Positions 1 through 13,179 of a stretch of DNA of 64,000 nucleotides are shown here, piece by piece. The DNA lies in contig JBHGNT010000003.1 of NCBI GenBank assembly GCA_043228905.1, positions 12,152,001 to 12,216,000 on the forward strand. Reading direction: 5' to 3'. How positions within the stretch are numbered: position 1 is the stretch's first letter; the number at the start of each line of letters is the position of its first letter. The position numbers and the translations under genes are program-made. The stretch comes from Azolla caroliniana (taxonomy: Eukaryota; Plantae; Polypodiophyta). The notes under the pieces are model-generated. The model worked only from the letters and a program-made list of their open reading frames with translations, was not told where the DNA came from and did not search any database.

Positions 1-98
1 TATATTGAAATAAGTTGAATCTTATACAATACAATAATGTATACAATACTGGTAAGGTTTCCCAATAAGACCAGAAGGTCATGGGTTCAACCCCAACA
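1..98. mobile_element. Terminal part of an LTR (ends ...CCCCAACA) abutting copia A; rest lies outside the window
   Basis: AT-rich sequence ending in CA at 98, after which copia A integrase-region sequence begins; carries the AAGGTCATGGGTTC motif also found at the end of the chromovirus I LTRs. Confidence 0.55.
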
Positions 99-1887
99 AT
101 TCCATGGGGCATCTGGTCTATGATCGTCGTCGACGAGGTCGAGAAATATACATGGCCGAGATTTCGGGTCCAGCTTCCCCCTTTGGTCCTTTGCAACATA
201 TGCACATAGGCAAGACAACTGAACACCCTCAAATGTCGGTATGATACCTCTTTGTTGCTCCACACCCTTTGTGGAATATCATCGGCCAAGGGTATTGAGG
301 GTGATTGGTTTATCACATACACAGCCGTCATCAGCGCCTCACCCTAGAACGTCTTCGGTAACTTTGCATTTGCAAGCATACTTCAGACCTTCTCCATTAC
401 AACCCGGTTCATTCTCTCGGCCAACCCGTTAATTTCTGGCATCTTTAGCATGGTATATTTGAGCCGGATTCCCTGCACTCGGCAATATTCTTGTACGGTC
501 CACGATACTAACCTTCATTGGTCACTCGGACTGCCTTCATTTTTCAGCCGGTTTCCCTCTTGGCCCTTGCTTGGAACTATTTGAAGATGGATAGCACCTT
601 ATCCTTCGTCTTCAGCACGGAAGCCCACAACTTCCGGCTACAACTGTTTATGAAGGTCACGAAATACTGTGAACCAGCATGTGACTTTGTGTCCACATAG
701 CATACATCCGTATGCACGACTTGCAGCAACATTTTCTTCCTCATTGGAGGCCTCGATCGGAATGAGGTTCTGTTTGTTTGCCGGCCAGACAATCGGCACA
801 TTTATTTAGATGCGCACCTTCTTCACCTCTAGTAGGAGTTTTGTTTCGGCTAGTATCTTGCATTCCCTTTTGCCTCATGTGGCATAGCCTCTTATGCCAT
901 AACTCACCGGATGTGTCGGTTGGCATGCTTACTTCCCCTCAGCATAATCAAGCATTCATCATGTATAGTGTGCTGGTTTTCTGAGCTCGAACCATGATCA
1001 AAATCCCCTTGCAAAAATTCATGACGTCGTTGCGGATGCTACTCGTGTAGCCTTCGTCATCTAGCCAACCAGCTGATATCAGATTCAATCTGACTTCCTG
1101 AACATGTCGAACATCTCTCAACACCAGTCTGCACCCAATCGATGTCATCCGACACACATCTCCAATGTTGACAATTCGGCATGCTCCTTCATTTCCCATA
1201 TTTACAAGACCGTGGTCTCTAGCCTTGTATTATGAGAAGCATTTTTGGTCGGAGGTTAGGGGAAACGAAGCACCCGAATCGACCACCCATGTCGATTCTT
1301 CGTCGGTGTCATTGATCTCATTTTGTTCACTAATGAACATAAGCTCCTCTTCAGTCGCGGTGATTGCTGAGGTGTTGTTTCCATCCGGAATTTTCTTCGG
1401 CTCTACATTATCAACTCCCCCTTTCTCCTTTCGAAAGTGTCGAAATTTTTTCTGAAAGTGCCCCAACTTCCCGCAATAGAAGCATGTAGGCCTCCCCCTC
1501 GACTTCGACCTTGTCCCCGACTTATCTTAATTCCCGGGACTACGATTTCGGCCTCTTCCTTGATTTGTGTCACTTTCCGTGACGAGGGCCTTCAGGTTGG
1601 TATTGGACTCTCGGTCCTTTAGAAGAGCTTCTTCATTCAATAAGCTTGACTTCACCTACTCTAGGGATAAATGCTTCGCTTCCGATCCAGGGTTGCCCAA
1701 AGAGACAATTAGCATCTCCCAATTGTCCGGAAGGGATCCCGACAACAATAGTGTTAATAGCTCGTCGGCAAGAGGTACTTCTAGAGAGGTGGTTTGATTC
1801 ATCAGTCCTTGGAAGGAATTAATGTGCTCCCCCATGTTAGAGCCATCCTGATACCTCAATTTCATGATCTTTATGGAATACTGATAC

Positions 1888-2406
1888 TATTGGGAAATCG
1901 GTCCCTCCGAATGGGATCCGGTGTTAAATGAAGAGGACCCGGTGTGAACCGGATGAGAAGACATTTTTGTGAATATGTTTTGAGTAATCCTATTGAGGCT
2001 ATATTTGTAAATAGCCCTAAGTTCATATAAGTATAAATATGACTTCGGGCAAACACTTTTGCATGGCTATATTGTTGTTTAGATAACTGTTGTATAGACT
2101 GAGAGAGAGAGAGAGAGATATAGAGCTATACTCTGTTGTAACCGTCGGTTGGCGAAGATACAAAGCTCGAGGTCCTTGCCTCTGAGTCTCTATTTGTACC
2201 TTTCCTATATAGTGATAATTTGGAGTCTGTGGACTCCCATGGTTTTTCCCTATTAGGGTTTTCCACGTAAACATCCTGTGTATCCTCTATTGTTGTCAGT
2301 GTGTGTAAGCGTGCTCACTCCCTACTTCCTATTATTGTGTTTGATTTCCATCCAAGTGATTCAAGACTCGGTTGTGGCCAAGCTATATTCCGCGAGACTC
2401 TTTTCA
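1888..2406 (+). repeat. 5' LTR of copia B
   Basis: TATTGGG...TTTCA, TATAAATA, (GA)n; homologous to 9519-10038. Confidence 0.9.
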
Positions 2407-2434
2407 AACAAGTATCAGAGCAAACAACACAGGA

Positions 2435-4185
2435 AATGGAAGAATCTTTCACCGGTGTGTTCAAGCTCACCGGCTCCAACTACTTAGTGTGGAAGTCGAA
2501 AACGAGGAATTGCTGGTGGTTAAAGATATTTGGTTGCCGGTTCAGTTTGGGGACAAGAGACTGGATAAGATCGACACCACAGTGTGGGAGGTGATCCACA
2601 TGAAAACGACGACATACATCCGGTGCTTCATCGACATGAGCCTGTACAACAACTTCAATGAAGAGAGAAAGGCTCATGAACTCTGGGAGAAGATCGACAT
2701 CATGTTCCAGAACAAGAATGTTGTTAATAGGGTTTTGGTATTCCGAAAGCTAGTGAGGTTCCAGTACCAGGATGGCTCCAGTATGGCGAAGCACATGAAT
2801 GCCTTCTAGGGGTTGATACACCAAGCAACCTACTTGGGTGTACCTCTCCCCGATGAGGTTCTTGCATTGCTCTTGCTCAATTCCCTCCTGGATAGTTGGG
2901 AGACGTTAGTTGTCACGTTGGGCAACGCCGGGCCGGAAGGAAAATAGTTGTCCCTAGAAAGGGTAAAATCAAGCTTGTTGGATGAAGAAGCTTGTCGGAA
3001 GGACTGGGAGTCCAGAACCGATCCGAAGGCCTTGGTCACGGAAGATGACCACAACCGGGGAAGACGCCGGTATCGGAGTCCCCAAAGCCGGGACAAATTG
3101 GGACGAGGTCAAAGTCAAGGGGGAGGCCCACATGCTTCTATTGTGGGAAGCCGGAAAACTTCCAAAAGAACTGTCAACATTTTTGGAAAGAGAAGGAAAT
3201 CGGCACTACCGATTCGAAGAAGAGTTCAGACTGAAACGGTTCGGACCGGAGAGGCCCGGATCGGAAAGGAACGTCGGCAATCACTACAAGTGAAGAGGAA
3301 TTGATGCTCACTACCAAAGAGAATGAGTTAAACATTGTCGGCGACGAGACAACGTGGGTTGTCAATTCCGGAGTGTCGTTCCACCTGACACTGGATGAGA
3401 AATGCTTCTCATCCTACACAGCCGGTGATCATGGTTGTGTCCGGATGGGGAATGAAGGTGCATGTTAAATTAGCGGCATAGGAGATGTGTTGTTGACGAC
3501 ATCAACCGGATGCAAGTTGTTGTTGAAGGATGTCAGACACATTCTGAAGGTTCGACTGAACTTGATATCAGCCAGTCGGTTAGATGATGAAAGCTACACT
3601 GGTAGCATCCGGAACGAAGTTATGAAGTTCAACAAAGGGGGCCTAATAGTGGGTCAAGCTTGGAAGATCAACACACTGTATTTGATGCATGCCCAGATAT
3701 GCCGGGAAGAAGTGAACGTTGCATCCGACACTGCCAGTGAGTTGTGGCACAAGAGACTGTGTCACGTGAGTCAGAAGGGGATGAAGAGACTTGCCGAAGA
3801 CAATCTCATTCCGTTGAAGGATGTGCAACTTGATAAGTGCACCGATCGCTTGGCCGGCAAAAGAAACCGAACCTCCTTCCGGTCAGGAACACCGATAAGA
3901 CGGAATGCACCACTGGAGTTGGTGCTTACTGATGTGTGTCCAGTGGACACGATGTCACATGCCGCATTGCAGTACTTCGTGACGTTCATAGACGACAACA
4001 GCCACAAGTTGTGGGTCTCACTGTTGAAGACGAAGGATCAGGTGCTATCCGTCTTCAAGGAACTCCTCCTGAGAGTGGAAAGGGAAACCGACCGAAAGCT
4101 GAAGTCGGTTCGAGCGGACAACAGAGGAGAATATTGGGGGTAGCTCGAGGAGTATTGCCGGTCGAAGGGAATTCGGCTTGAATTC
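2435..4185 (+). pseudogene. Copia B gag-protease-integrase (N-terminal part), frameshifted and with stops
   Basis: ORF fragments 2372-2809, 2948-3304, 3487-4143 with UBN2-type gag, zinc knuckle, GAG-pre-integrase and rve motifs. Confidence 0.85.
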
Positions 4186-4874
4186 TGTTGGGAGACCGGT
4201 CCCTCCGGATGGGAAGGGCGAAGAACAAAGGCCGAGGCTGAAATCGGACCAGGAGTACCCGGCTACGGAGGACCGGATGGTGTAGACCCGGTGAGAACCG
4301 GATGAGGAGTACCCGGCTACGGAGAGCCGGATGGTGCAGACCCGGTGAGAACCGGATGAGGAGTACCCGGCTACGGAGAGCCGAATGTTGTAGACCCGGT
4401 GAAAACCGGATGAAGAGACATATTCATAAATATGTTTCTAAGAGTCCAACGTGGCTATATTTGTAAATAGCCGAAAAGTCATATTGGTATAAATATGACT
4501 TAGGGCAAACCTATAGTTACTGTTATTGTCATTTTCTTGTTGGTGCAATAAGAGAGAGCGTGTAACAGTGGATAGAGAGAGAGAGAGAGAGAGAGAACGA
4601 GGTCGTTGCCACTGCTGTAACTGCCGCCTGTGGCGAAGATCGTGAGCACGAGGTTGTTGCCTCCGTGAACTCACTGTTGTACCTTCTAGCATAGTGATAG
4701 TTTGCAGCCTGTGGGCTGCCGTGGTTTTTTCCCTAGTTTGGGTTTTTCCACGTAAACATCCTGTGTACTCTTCTCTCCTTTGTGTCGCGTGTTTTTCGTT
4801 TCCTATTTTCTGTGTATCATTCTAAGCTCGGTCATGACCGAGCGTTGTGCATAAGGAGCGTTGAGTTCCCGTCA
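4186..4874 (+). repeat. LTR of N (first), with three ~50-bp tandem repeats in U3
   Basis: TGTTGGGAGACC...CCCGTCA; GAGTACCCGGCTACGGAG...GACCCGGTGAGAACCGGATGAG repeated three times at about 4252-4412. Confidence 0.92.
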
Positions 4875-6582
4875 AGTGGTATCAGAGCGAAACGACACAG
4901 AAAATGGACGAATCGTTTGGCGGCATGTTCAAGCTCACCGGCTCCAACTCTTCAGTGTGAAAGTCGAAGATGAGGGACATGCTCGTGGTTAAAGACCTCT
5001 GGTTGCCGGTTCAGTTCGGGGACAAGAGACCGAACAAAATCGACGCTGCGATATTGGAGGTGATGCCCATGAAGACAACGGCGTACATATTGTGCTTCAT
5101 CGACATGAGCCTGTACAACAACTTCAATGAGGAGAGCAAGGCTCATGAGCTCTGGGAGAAGATCGGCATAATGTTTCAAAACAAAAATGCTGTTAATCAA
5201 GTTTCGGTATTCCGGAAGCTAGTAAGACTCCGGTACCAAGATGGCTCCAGCATGGCGGAGCACATGAATGCCTTCCAGGGGCTGATACACCAGGCAACAT
5301 CATTGGAAGTACCTCTCGCCGACGAAGTACTTGTGCTACTCCTGCTCGGTTCCCTCCCAGATAGCTGGGAGACGTTGGTTGTCACTTTGGGCAACTCCAG
5401 GCCGGAAGGAAAGCGGTTATCCCTAGAAAGAGTAAAGTTGAGCCTGCTAGATGAGGAGGCGCGTTGGAAAGATAAAGATACGAGCTCCGACTCCAAAGCG
5501 CTCCTTACCGAATCGGAACGCGGAAGACATAGAAACCGTAGTCCCCAGAACCGGGAGAAGTCGGAGACATGGTCAAAGTCAAGGGGGAGGCCCACTTGCT
5601 TCTATTGCGGCAAGCCGGGATAATTCCAAAAGAACTGTCGGCATTTCCATAAAGACAAGGAAACCGACGGTACCGATTCGAAGCGGACCCCGGACCGGAA
5701 AGGTAAAGACCGGAGGGGAACGGATCGGAAGGGAACGACGGCAATCGCGGCAAGTGAAGAAGAGTTGATGGTCATCACCGAGGAGAGTGAGATAAACCTT
5801 GTCGGCGACGAGATGACCTGGGTGGTAGACTCCGGAGCATCGTTCCACCTTACCCCAGACCGGAAATGCTTCTCATCCTACTCAGCCGGTGATCACGGCT
5901 GTGTCCGGATGGGGAATGAAGGTACATGCCGAATTGTCGGCATAGGAGACGTGTGGCTGACAACACCAACCGGATGCAAGTTGCTGCTAAAGGATGTCTG
6001 ACACGTTCCGGAGGTTCGTCTGAACCTGATATCAGCCGGTCGGCTAGAAGATGAAGGCTACACTGGTAGCATCCGGAACGGTGTCATGAAGTTTAGCAAA
6101 GGGAGCCTGATTGTGGCTCGGGCCCGGAAAGTCAACACATTGTACCTGATGAATGCCCGGTTATGTCCGGAAGAAGTGAACGTGGCATCCGACACTGCCG
6201 GTGACTTGTGGCACAAGACGTGCACTTGGAGAAGTGCACTGATTGTCTGGCCGGTAAGCAAAACCGGACCTCCTTCCGACCAAGGGCACTGATGAGACGT
6301 AATGCACCACTGGAGTTGGTGCATACGGATGTGTGTCAGGTAGACACGAAGTCACATGCCGGAGCGCAATACTTCGTGACTTTCATAGATGAACACAACC
6401 GGAAGCTGTGGGCCACACCGTTGAAGACGAAGGATCAGGTGCTATCCGTCTTCAAGGAACTCCACCTGAGAGTGGAAAGGGAAACCGACCGAAAGCTGAA
6501 GTCGGTTCGAGCGGACAACAGAGGAGAATATTGGGGGTAGTTCCAAGAGTATTGCCGGTCGAAGGGAATTTGGCTTGAATTC

Positions 6583-7281
6583 TGTTGGGAGACCGGTCCC
6601 TCCGGATGCGAAGGGCGAAGAACAATGCCGATGAACAAAGGCCGAGGCTGAAATCGGACCAGGAGTACCCGCTACGGAGGACCGGATGGTGTAGACCCGG
6701 TGAGAACCGGATGAGGAGTACCCGGCTACGGAGAGCCGGATGGTGCAGACCCGGTGAGAACCAGATGAGGAGTACCCGGCTACGGAGAGCCGAATGTTGC
6801 AGACCCAGTGAAAACCGGATGAAGAGACATATTCATAAATATGTTTCTGAGAGTCCATTGTGGCTATATTTGTAAATAGCCGAAAAGTCATATTGGTATA
6901 AATATGACTTAGGGCAAACTTATAGTTACTGTTATTGTCATTTTCTTGTTGGTGCAAGAAGAGAGAGCGCGTAAGAGTGGACAGAGAGAGAGAGAGAGAG
7001 AGAACGAGGTCGTTGCCTCTGCTGTAACCGCCGCTTGTGGCGAAGATCGTGAGCACGAGGTTGTTGCCTCCGTGAACTCACTGTTGTACCTTCTAGCATA
7101 GTGATAGTTTGCAGCCTGTGGGCTGCCGTGGTTTTTTCCCTAGTTTGGGTTTTTCCACGTAAACATCCTGTGTACTCTTCTCTCCTTTGTGTCGCGTGTT
7201 TTTCGTTTTCTGTTTTTTGTGTATGATTCTAAGCTCGGTCATGGCCGAGCGTTGTGCATAAGGAGCGTTAAGTTCGCGTCA
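6583..7281 (+). repeat. LTR of N (second)
   Basis: Near-identical to 4186-4874; followed by TSD AATTC. Confidence 0.92.
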
Positions 7282-9518
7282 AATTCACGGTGCCGAAGAC
7301 GCTAGAACTGAACGGGCTGCCGAAACGGATGAACCAGACCATAATGGTGAGAGTCCGAAGCATGTTGGCACATGCAAAGTTACCCAAGATGTTTTTGGTT
7401 GAGGCGCTGACGACAGCGACCTATGTGATAAACAGATCACCCTTAGTACCCTTGGACAGAGAAACACCACAAAGAGTATGGACCGGTAAGGACGTATCCT
7501 ACCGACATCTAAAGGTGTTCTGATGTCTCGCCTACGTGCATGTGGCAAAGTTCAAGAGAGCAAAGCTGGACCCGAAGTCCCGACCATGCATATTCCTTGG
7601 ATACAACGATGATGACTTCGGTTACCAGGTGTGGGATCTGGTCGACAAGAAGGTGTTCCGGAGTTGAGACATAGTCTTCATGGAAGACAGAACCATTGCC
7701 GATTAGGAGTCGAAGAGGAAGGTGATGACCTCCGGATCATCCAATGAAAACAGGCTTAAGGACACAAGGACTTACCCGGTTGGAAACCGGATGTTAGCCG
7801 GTAACCAGATGACACTCAAAGAACCGGCCGGATACAGACAAGAAACCGAACCGATCGAAAAAGAAGAAGAAGAAGACACCGGAACCGGACAAGATCCCGA
7901 ATCGGATTTGGATGAGGAACAAATGGAGGAATCGGTAGTCAGAAACCAAGGACGAAGATATCCTCTCCGAGAGAGAAGAACCCCCAGAGATATCCGGATG
8001 CAGAGCATGTGTTGCTAACTAATGAGGGGGAGCCGAAAACTTCAAAGAAGCAAAGACAGACACCCACAACCGCAAGTGGTTGAGTGCCATGTAGGACGAG
8101 ATGAATTCCCTGAACCACAAGTATGAACTGACGGAATTGCGGAAAGGGAAGAGAGCAATCCGAAACAAGTGGGTGTACAAGCTGGAAATAGGAGACACCC
8201 GAAATCCACCAAGGTACAAAGCCTGGATCGTGGTGAAGGGCTTCCAGCAGAAGAAAGGAGTGGATCTCGATGAGATCTTTGCGCCGATAGTAAAAAGGAC
8301 ATCCATCCAGACGGTATTGAGCATAACAGCAACCATGGACCTCGAGATAGAGCAACTGGACGTCAAGAGAGCAGTCCTACATGGCGACCTCGAAGAAGAG
8401 ATCTACATGCATCAAACAGATGGATTTGAGAAGACAGGGAAGGAGCACCTAGTGTGCCGGCTGAAGAAGGGCTTATACGGATTGAAGCAAGCCCCTCAGC
8501 AATGGTACTGGTAGTTCGACTCCTTCATGACCGACCAAGCGTACCACAAGACGGAGGCCGATCATTACGTGTTTGTGAAGAAATTTGACGGATTTCTTGA
8601 TACTCCTCCTATATGTGGATGATATGTTGATCGTCGAACGAGATCAAGGCAAGATTCGGATGCTAAAGAAGGCTCTCAACCGGACCTTCTCAATGAAAGA
8701 CTTGGCTCCGGCAAGATAGATATTGGGAATGCACATCATCTGGGACTGGTCGAAGAAGCTGGTGTGGTTGTCACAGGAGAAGTACGAGACAAAGGTGCTT
8801 CAACAGTTCAACATGTCGGCGATGAAGTTGGTCGGATCCGGAAAACTACAAGCTATCCGGAAAAGAAAGTCTGAGGACAAAGGCGGAGACAACGGATATG
8901 ATGAAGATACCATATGCCTCTACCATCGGAAGCTTGATGTACACGATGGTATGTACCCGACCGGATATCAGATATGCAGTTGGAATGGTGAGCTGGTTCA
9001 TGAGAAATCCCGGAAAAGAACACTGAAACGCGGTCAAGTGGATACTCCGGTATCTGAAAGGCACGTCGAGTATGTGCCTCTGGTTCGGCTCAGGTAATCC
9101 CCAACTTGGCGTACACAGATTCGGATATGTTGGCTGATGCGCATACCAGCCGGTCTACATCTGGATATGTTATGACTTATGCAGGGGGAATTGTATCATG
9201 GCAGTCGAGGTTGCAAAAGAAGGTTGCGTTGTCAACCAAGGAGGCGAAGTACATGGTAGTTGTAGAAGTCAGCAAGGAGATCATTTGGATGAAGGACTTC
9301 ATCGGAGAGTTAGGGATTCAGCAAGAGAATATCGGCTCTACTACAATAGTCAAAGTGTCATCCACCTTGCAAAGAATGCGGCCTACCATTCCCAGACGAA
9401 ACATATCCAGCGGAGGTACCACTAGATCTGAGTTAGAGTAGAAGATTAAGAGTTCGCGCTGACCAAGGTGTTGACAACCGACAAGCTGGACGCATGCCGA
9501 AAGTGGATCGGGCTGGCG
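7282..9518 (+). pseudogene. Copia B integrase C-terminus, RT and RNase H, degenerate
   Basis: ORFs 7290-7523, 8101-8514 (KWVYK, QLDVKRAVLHGDLEEEIYM), 9106-9441. Confidence 0.85.
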
Positions 9519-10038
9519 ATGAAGAGGACCTGGTGAGAACCGGAAGAGAAGACATGTTTGTGAATATGTTCTAAGCCTATTGAGGCTATATTTGTAAATA
9601 ACCCTAAGTTCATATAAGTATAAATATGACTTAGGGCAAACACTTTTGTGTGGCTATATTGTTGTTTAGATAACTGTTGTATAGATTGAGAGAGAGATAC
9701 AGAGTTATACTCTACAGGGCACCCTGGAATAGTGATAGTTTGGAGTCTCTGTTTGGAATAGTGATAATTTGGAGTCTCTGATCGGCGAAGATACAAAGCT
9801 CGAGGTCGTTGCTCTGAGTCTCTGTTTGTACCTTACCTATATAGTGATAGTTTGGAGTCTTAGGACTCCCGTGGTTTTTCCCTATTAGGGTTTTCCACGT
9901 AAACATCTTGTGTATCCTCTATCATTGTTAGTGTGTGTAAGCGTGCTCACTCCCTACTTCCCATTACTATGTTTGATTTCCATCCAAGTGATTCAAGACT
10001 TGGTTGTGGCCGAGTTATATTCTGCGCGACTCTCTTCA
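9519..10038 (+). repeat. 3' LTR of copia B, 5'-truncated (PPT and first ~40 bp deleted)
   Basis: Homology to the 5' LTR starts at ATGAAGAGGACC directly after RNase H coding sequence; ends CTTCA plus TSD. Confidence 0.85.
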
Positions 10039-10338
10039 GATACTCTGTTAATGACGTTTTTGTTTTCGAACATGACATTGATCTTCTTCCACAGGATATC
10101 CGCTTCTATTTCTTCACTGAAGTTGTTTAATAGACTCGTGTCTATAAAAAACCTTCTATATGCAGCCCCCTTCAGATTCAACACTTCCCAAGCCGATGCA
10201 TCGATCTTTTGTGGTCTTTTATCTCCGAACTACACCTATAGCCAGAGGTCTTTGCACACGAGCATGTCTCTCATCTTTGAATTCCACATTGAGTAGTTGG
10301 AGCCGAATAACTTGACTTCCATCGCTCTGATACTAGTT

Positions 10339-10900
10339 TGTTAGGATCATGACTGGCTATGCTTATGAATATATGTTTGGGTGCAAAGAAAACGACCAAG
10401 GTAATGCTCAAACAAAAGAGAACAGAAAACGAGAAACTAAAAAACAAGACAAAGATATTTAACGTGGAAAACCTGAATCGGGAAAAACCACGTGGAGTCC
10501 ACTAACTCCAAATAGATCACTATAAGAGAGGAGTTACAATAAAGAACTCGGAGGCAACAACCTTGAGATCTTCTTCGTCCGTCTGACGGTTACAGAGTTA
10601 CACTTACACACTCTCTCTCACCTTAGTTATAGAGAGAACTATTTTCTCTAACTATACAACAATGATCAACTACATCTTAAAGTTTGCCCTAGTTATTTAT
10701 ATACTAAAACAACTTTCTAGTTATTTACAAGTATAGCCCACAAAAGACACATTTGGACTATTTACAAATATAGTCTTCCGAATGGGCTATTAAATCGATT
10801 TTGGTTCTCGATTTTGATCTCAGCCTCAGCCGAATTACCCATGTGTCCTTGATTCCGTTCGTTCTCTTCTTCCCATTTGGAGGGACCTGTTTTCCCAACA
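10339..10900 (-). repeat. 5' LTR of copia A
   Basis: TGTTGGGAAAACAGGTCCCTCC...TCCTAACA on the minus strand, 3 bp from the PBS; same 5' motif as the B/N/Q LTRs. Confidence 0.85.
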
Positions 10901-13179
10901 GAGAATATACCTATTTGACAAAGGGATCAAACACCAAAAGACTGTTACTTACACATCCTGTAGAATGGAGTGGCCAAAGGGATCAACAGAACAATCTAGG
11001 AGAGGGTGACGACAATGCTCCAGGAAGCCCTACTAACCTGAAGTTCTAGGCCAAAGCATTGTAGACGGCAATATATCTAATCTATCTATCTCTGTCAAAA
11101 GCAGTAAGGCTCAAAGTGCCAGAGGCACTATGGTCAAGCAAACAACCGACCTATAACAGACTTCGTATATTCACATGTGAAGCCTGCGCATTCATCCCCA
11201 GGGAGAGGAGGACTAAGTTGGCACCCCATGCAACAAAATGCATATTTCTCAGTTATGGAACCGATCGGGAATTCAGCTATAGGCTATCGAACCTTGAGAA
11301 TCGGAAATTGATCCAAAGTAGTGACGTAGTCTTCAATGAAGACTTTATTCTCTCGGAGCGGAACCAACAGAAAATAGTTGGTAAAATTGTCTCCTTCGAA
11401 GATGATAGAAACATCGTAAAAAGACTGACCCATTGGGCCAAATTAGAGATTCAACAAACAGTTGAACTCAACCAAGCCGGCAATACACCTGTGGACTCCG
11501 AATCAATAAGAGGTCCACTAGTCGAACTCGAAGACAAAGCCATCAAAGACAAAGCCGAATCGACAAGAGTCCAAAAAGGCAATGTCGACAAAGTGTGCGC
11601 CTGAAACGATAGACTCGAAAGAGACAGAGTCGACCCGACCGAAACACCCAAGGCCAAAGAGAGAAACAAAACCTAGTCAGCTAAGACTCGTATCTTCAAG
11701 TCAATCAATCCTGAAGCAGGGGAGGTTGACGTGACATTGCCGAACTCCTATTCCAAGGACAATTCATACAAATGAACTACTACAATAAGTTGTTCACGAA
11801 ACACCGATCACTTCGGCACCCACGAGATCCGGACGAGCCAGAAGGCCTACGTAGTTTTATCAACCGGGCCTTGACTACGTCAACGACACCGACGCAGGAA
11901 AACCAAGAACACATGAAGAAGCTATAGCCGCACCGAACGCGGATACATGGTTGCAAGCCATGAGATCCGAGATGGACTCGATCCATCAGAATAATACATG
12001 GGAGTTGGTGTCATGAATACATAATCAAGAACCCAACCATTAAGATAGCCTATGGTCATATGAAATTAAAAAATCTACTTTTTGAAATATATTGATTATT
12101 GTCAATACTTTGGAACATTCTAGAATGTTCTAGAAGATCCTAGAACATCCTAGAATATTCTAGGTGTAGAACATTCTAGAACATTATAGAAACCTCTACG
12201 TTATTCTATAGGAACCTATAAATATAGACATACAATTATTCTCAAACCAATTCAAATCAACACCGGTCTTTAGCTCTCATTACATATCTTGTATCCATTC
12301 TTTTTCTCTTCTATCTTAATACACCCATTCTTCTCTTATCATCTCGTCCCTTTTCTTCTCGTGTTCTTTTATATCCTTCTTCCATCACTCTATCTTTTAT
12401 TCTTAGTTCTGATAGTTGGTTGAACTACTAGCAGGAAGGAAGCCACTACCTTGCAAATGGGTATTCCGATACAAATATGTATCTGATTCAAAGAAGCCCA
12501 AATACAACACTCGGCTTGTCGCGAAAGGGTTCAAACAGGAACATGGAGTCGACTACGTCGAGATGTTCTCACCAGTCATCAAGATGAACACCCTTCGGCT
12601 CCTACTAGGGGTTGTGGCAACAAAAGACGTAGACCTCGAGCAGATGGACGTAAAGATGGTGTTCCTACACCGAGATATGGAAAAGGACATTTACATGTCT
12701 CAACTGACAGGCTTCACGGCGATGGGGGAGGAAGGTCACCTCGTCTGTCAACTGAAAAAAAGCCTCTATGTCTTAAAACAAGCGCTGATGATGTGGTACG
12801 AGAAGTTCGACTCCTACATCCGACATCTAGGCTACAACTGGTACGACTCTGACCCATGTCTATATACTCAACAATTGGTCGATGAGTCCTAGATCTATCT
12901 AATCCTACATGTCGACGACATGCTGATTGTAGGAAGCAATCAAGATGAAATTGAAAAGCTAAAGCGAAGTCTTCATAAAAATTTTGCGATGACGGATCTC
13001 GGACAAGCCCGACACATATTCGCATGAGGATAGAGCAAAATCGAACAACAAAAACTTTTCGACTCTCCAAGTCCGACTATACTCGCAAGGTGTTGAAGTG
13101 CTTCAATATGGAGAATGCAAAGCCAACACGAACACCGCTTCCGACATCGATCCGACTATCGGACAAAGCCTCTCCTTCG
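10901..13179 (+). mobile_element. Copia element C internal fragment (integrase C-terminus and RT), host of A, a solo LTR and a further LTR
   Basis: ORFs 11116-11604 (RTKLAPHATKCIFLSY) and 12416-12892 (PCKWVFRYK, EQMDVKMVFLH); HVDDML near 12910. Confidence 0.85.
12009..12414 (+). mobile_element. Solo LTR (406 bp), chromovirus-I-like
   Basis: TSD GTTGG at 12004-12008 and 12415-12419; TGTCATGA...TGATA; TTCTAGAA repeats and TATAAAT as in the LTRs of element I. Confidence 0.88.

Larger units (their letters stand above)
4186..7281 (+). mobile_element. Copia element N nested in the integrase of B; recombinant structure lacking RT, RNase H and PPT
   Basis: TSD AATTC at 4181-4185 and 7282-7286; LTRs 4186-4874 and 6583-7281; PBS TGGTATCAGAGC 4877-4888; gag 4970-5623, PR 5765-6001, integrase fragment to 6540. 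Confidence 0.92.
1888..10038 (+). mobile_element. Ty1/copia LTR retrotransposon B (degenerate), nested in the gag of A
   Basis: TSD GATAC at 1883-1887 and 10039-10043; 5' LTR 1888-2406, mutated iMet PBS, gag-PR-INT-RT-RNaseH fragments (LYVDDML; YTDSD..SRSTSGY); truncated 3' LTR about 9519-10038. Confidence 0.93.
99..10900 (-). mobile_element. Ty1/copia LTR retrotransposon A (degenerate; split by element B)
   Basis: Minus-strand gag/protease/GAG-pre-integrase/integrase fragments (WVVDSGAS, LWHKRLCHM, VHTDVC) at about 190-1887 resume at 10044-10322 after B is removed; PBS TAGTATCAGAGC (tRNA-iMet type) at 10324-10335; 5' LTR 10339-10900. Confidence 0.9.

Noticed and set aside
6442-7056. 204-aa ORF with repeated motif
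   Set aside because: Antisense translation of the N LTR tandem repeats and (GA)n.
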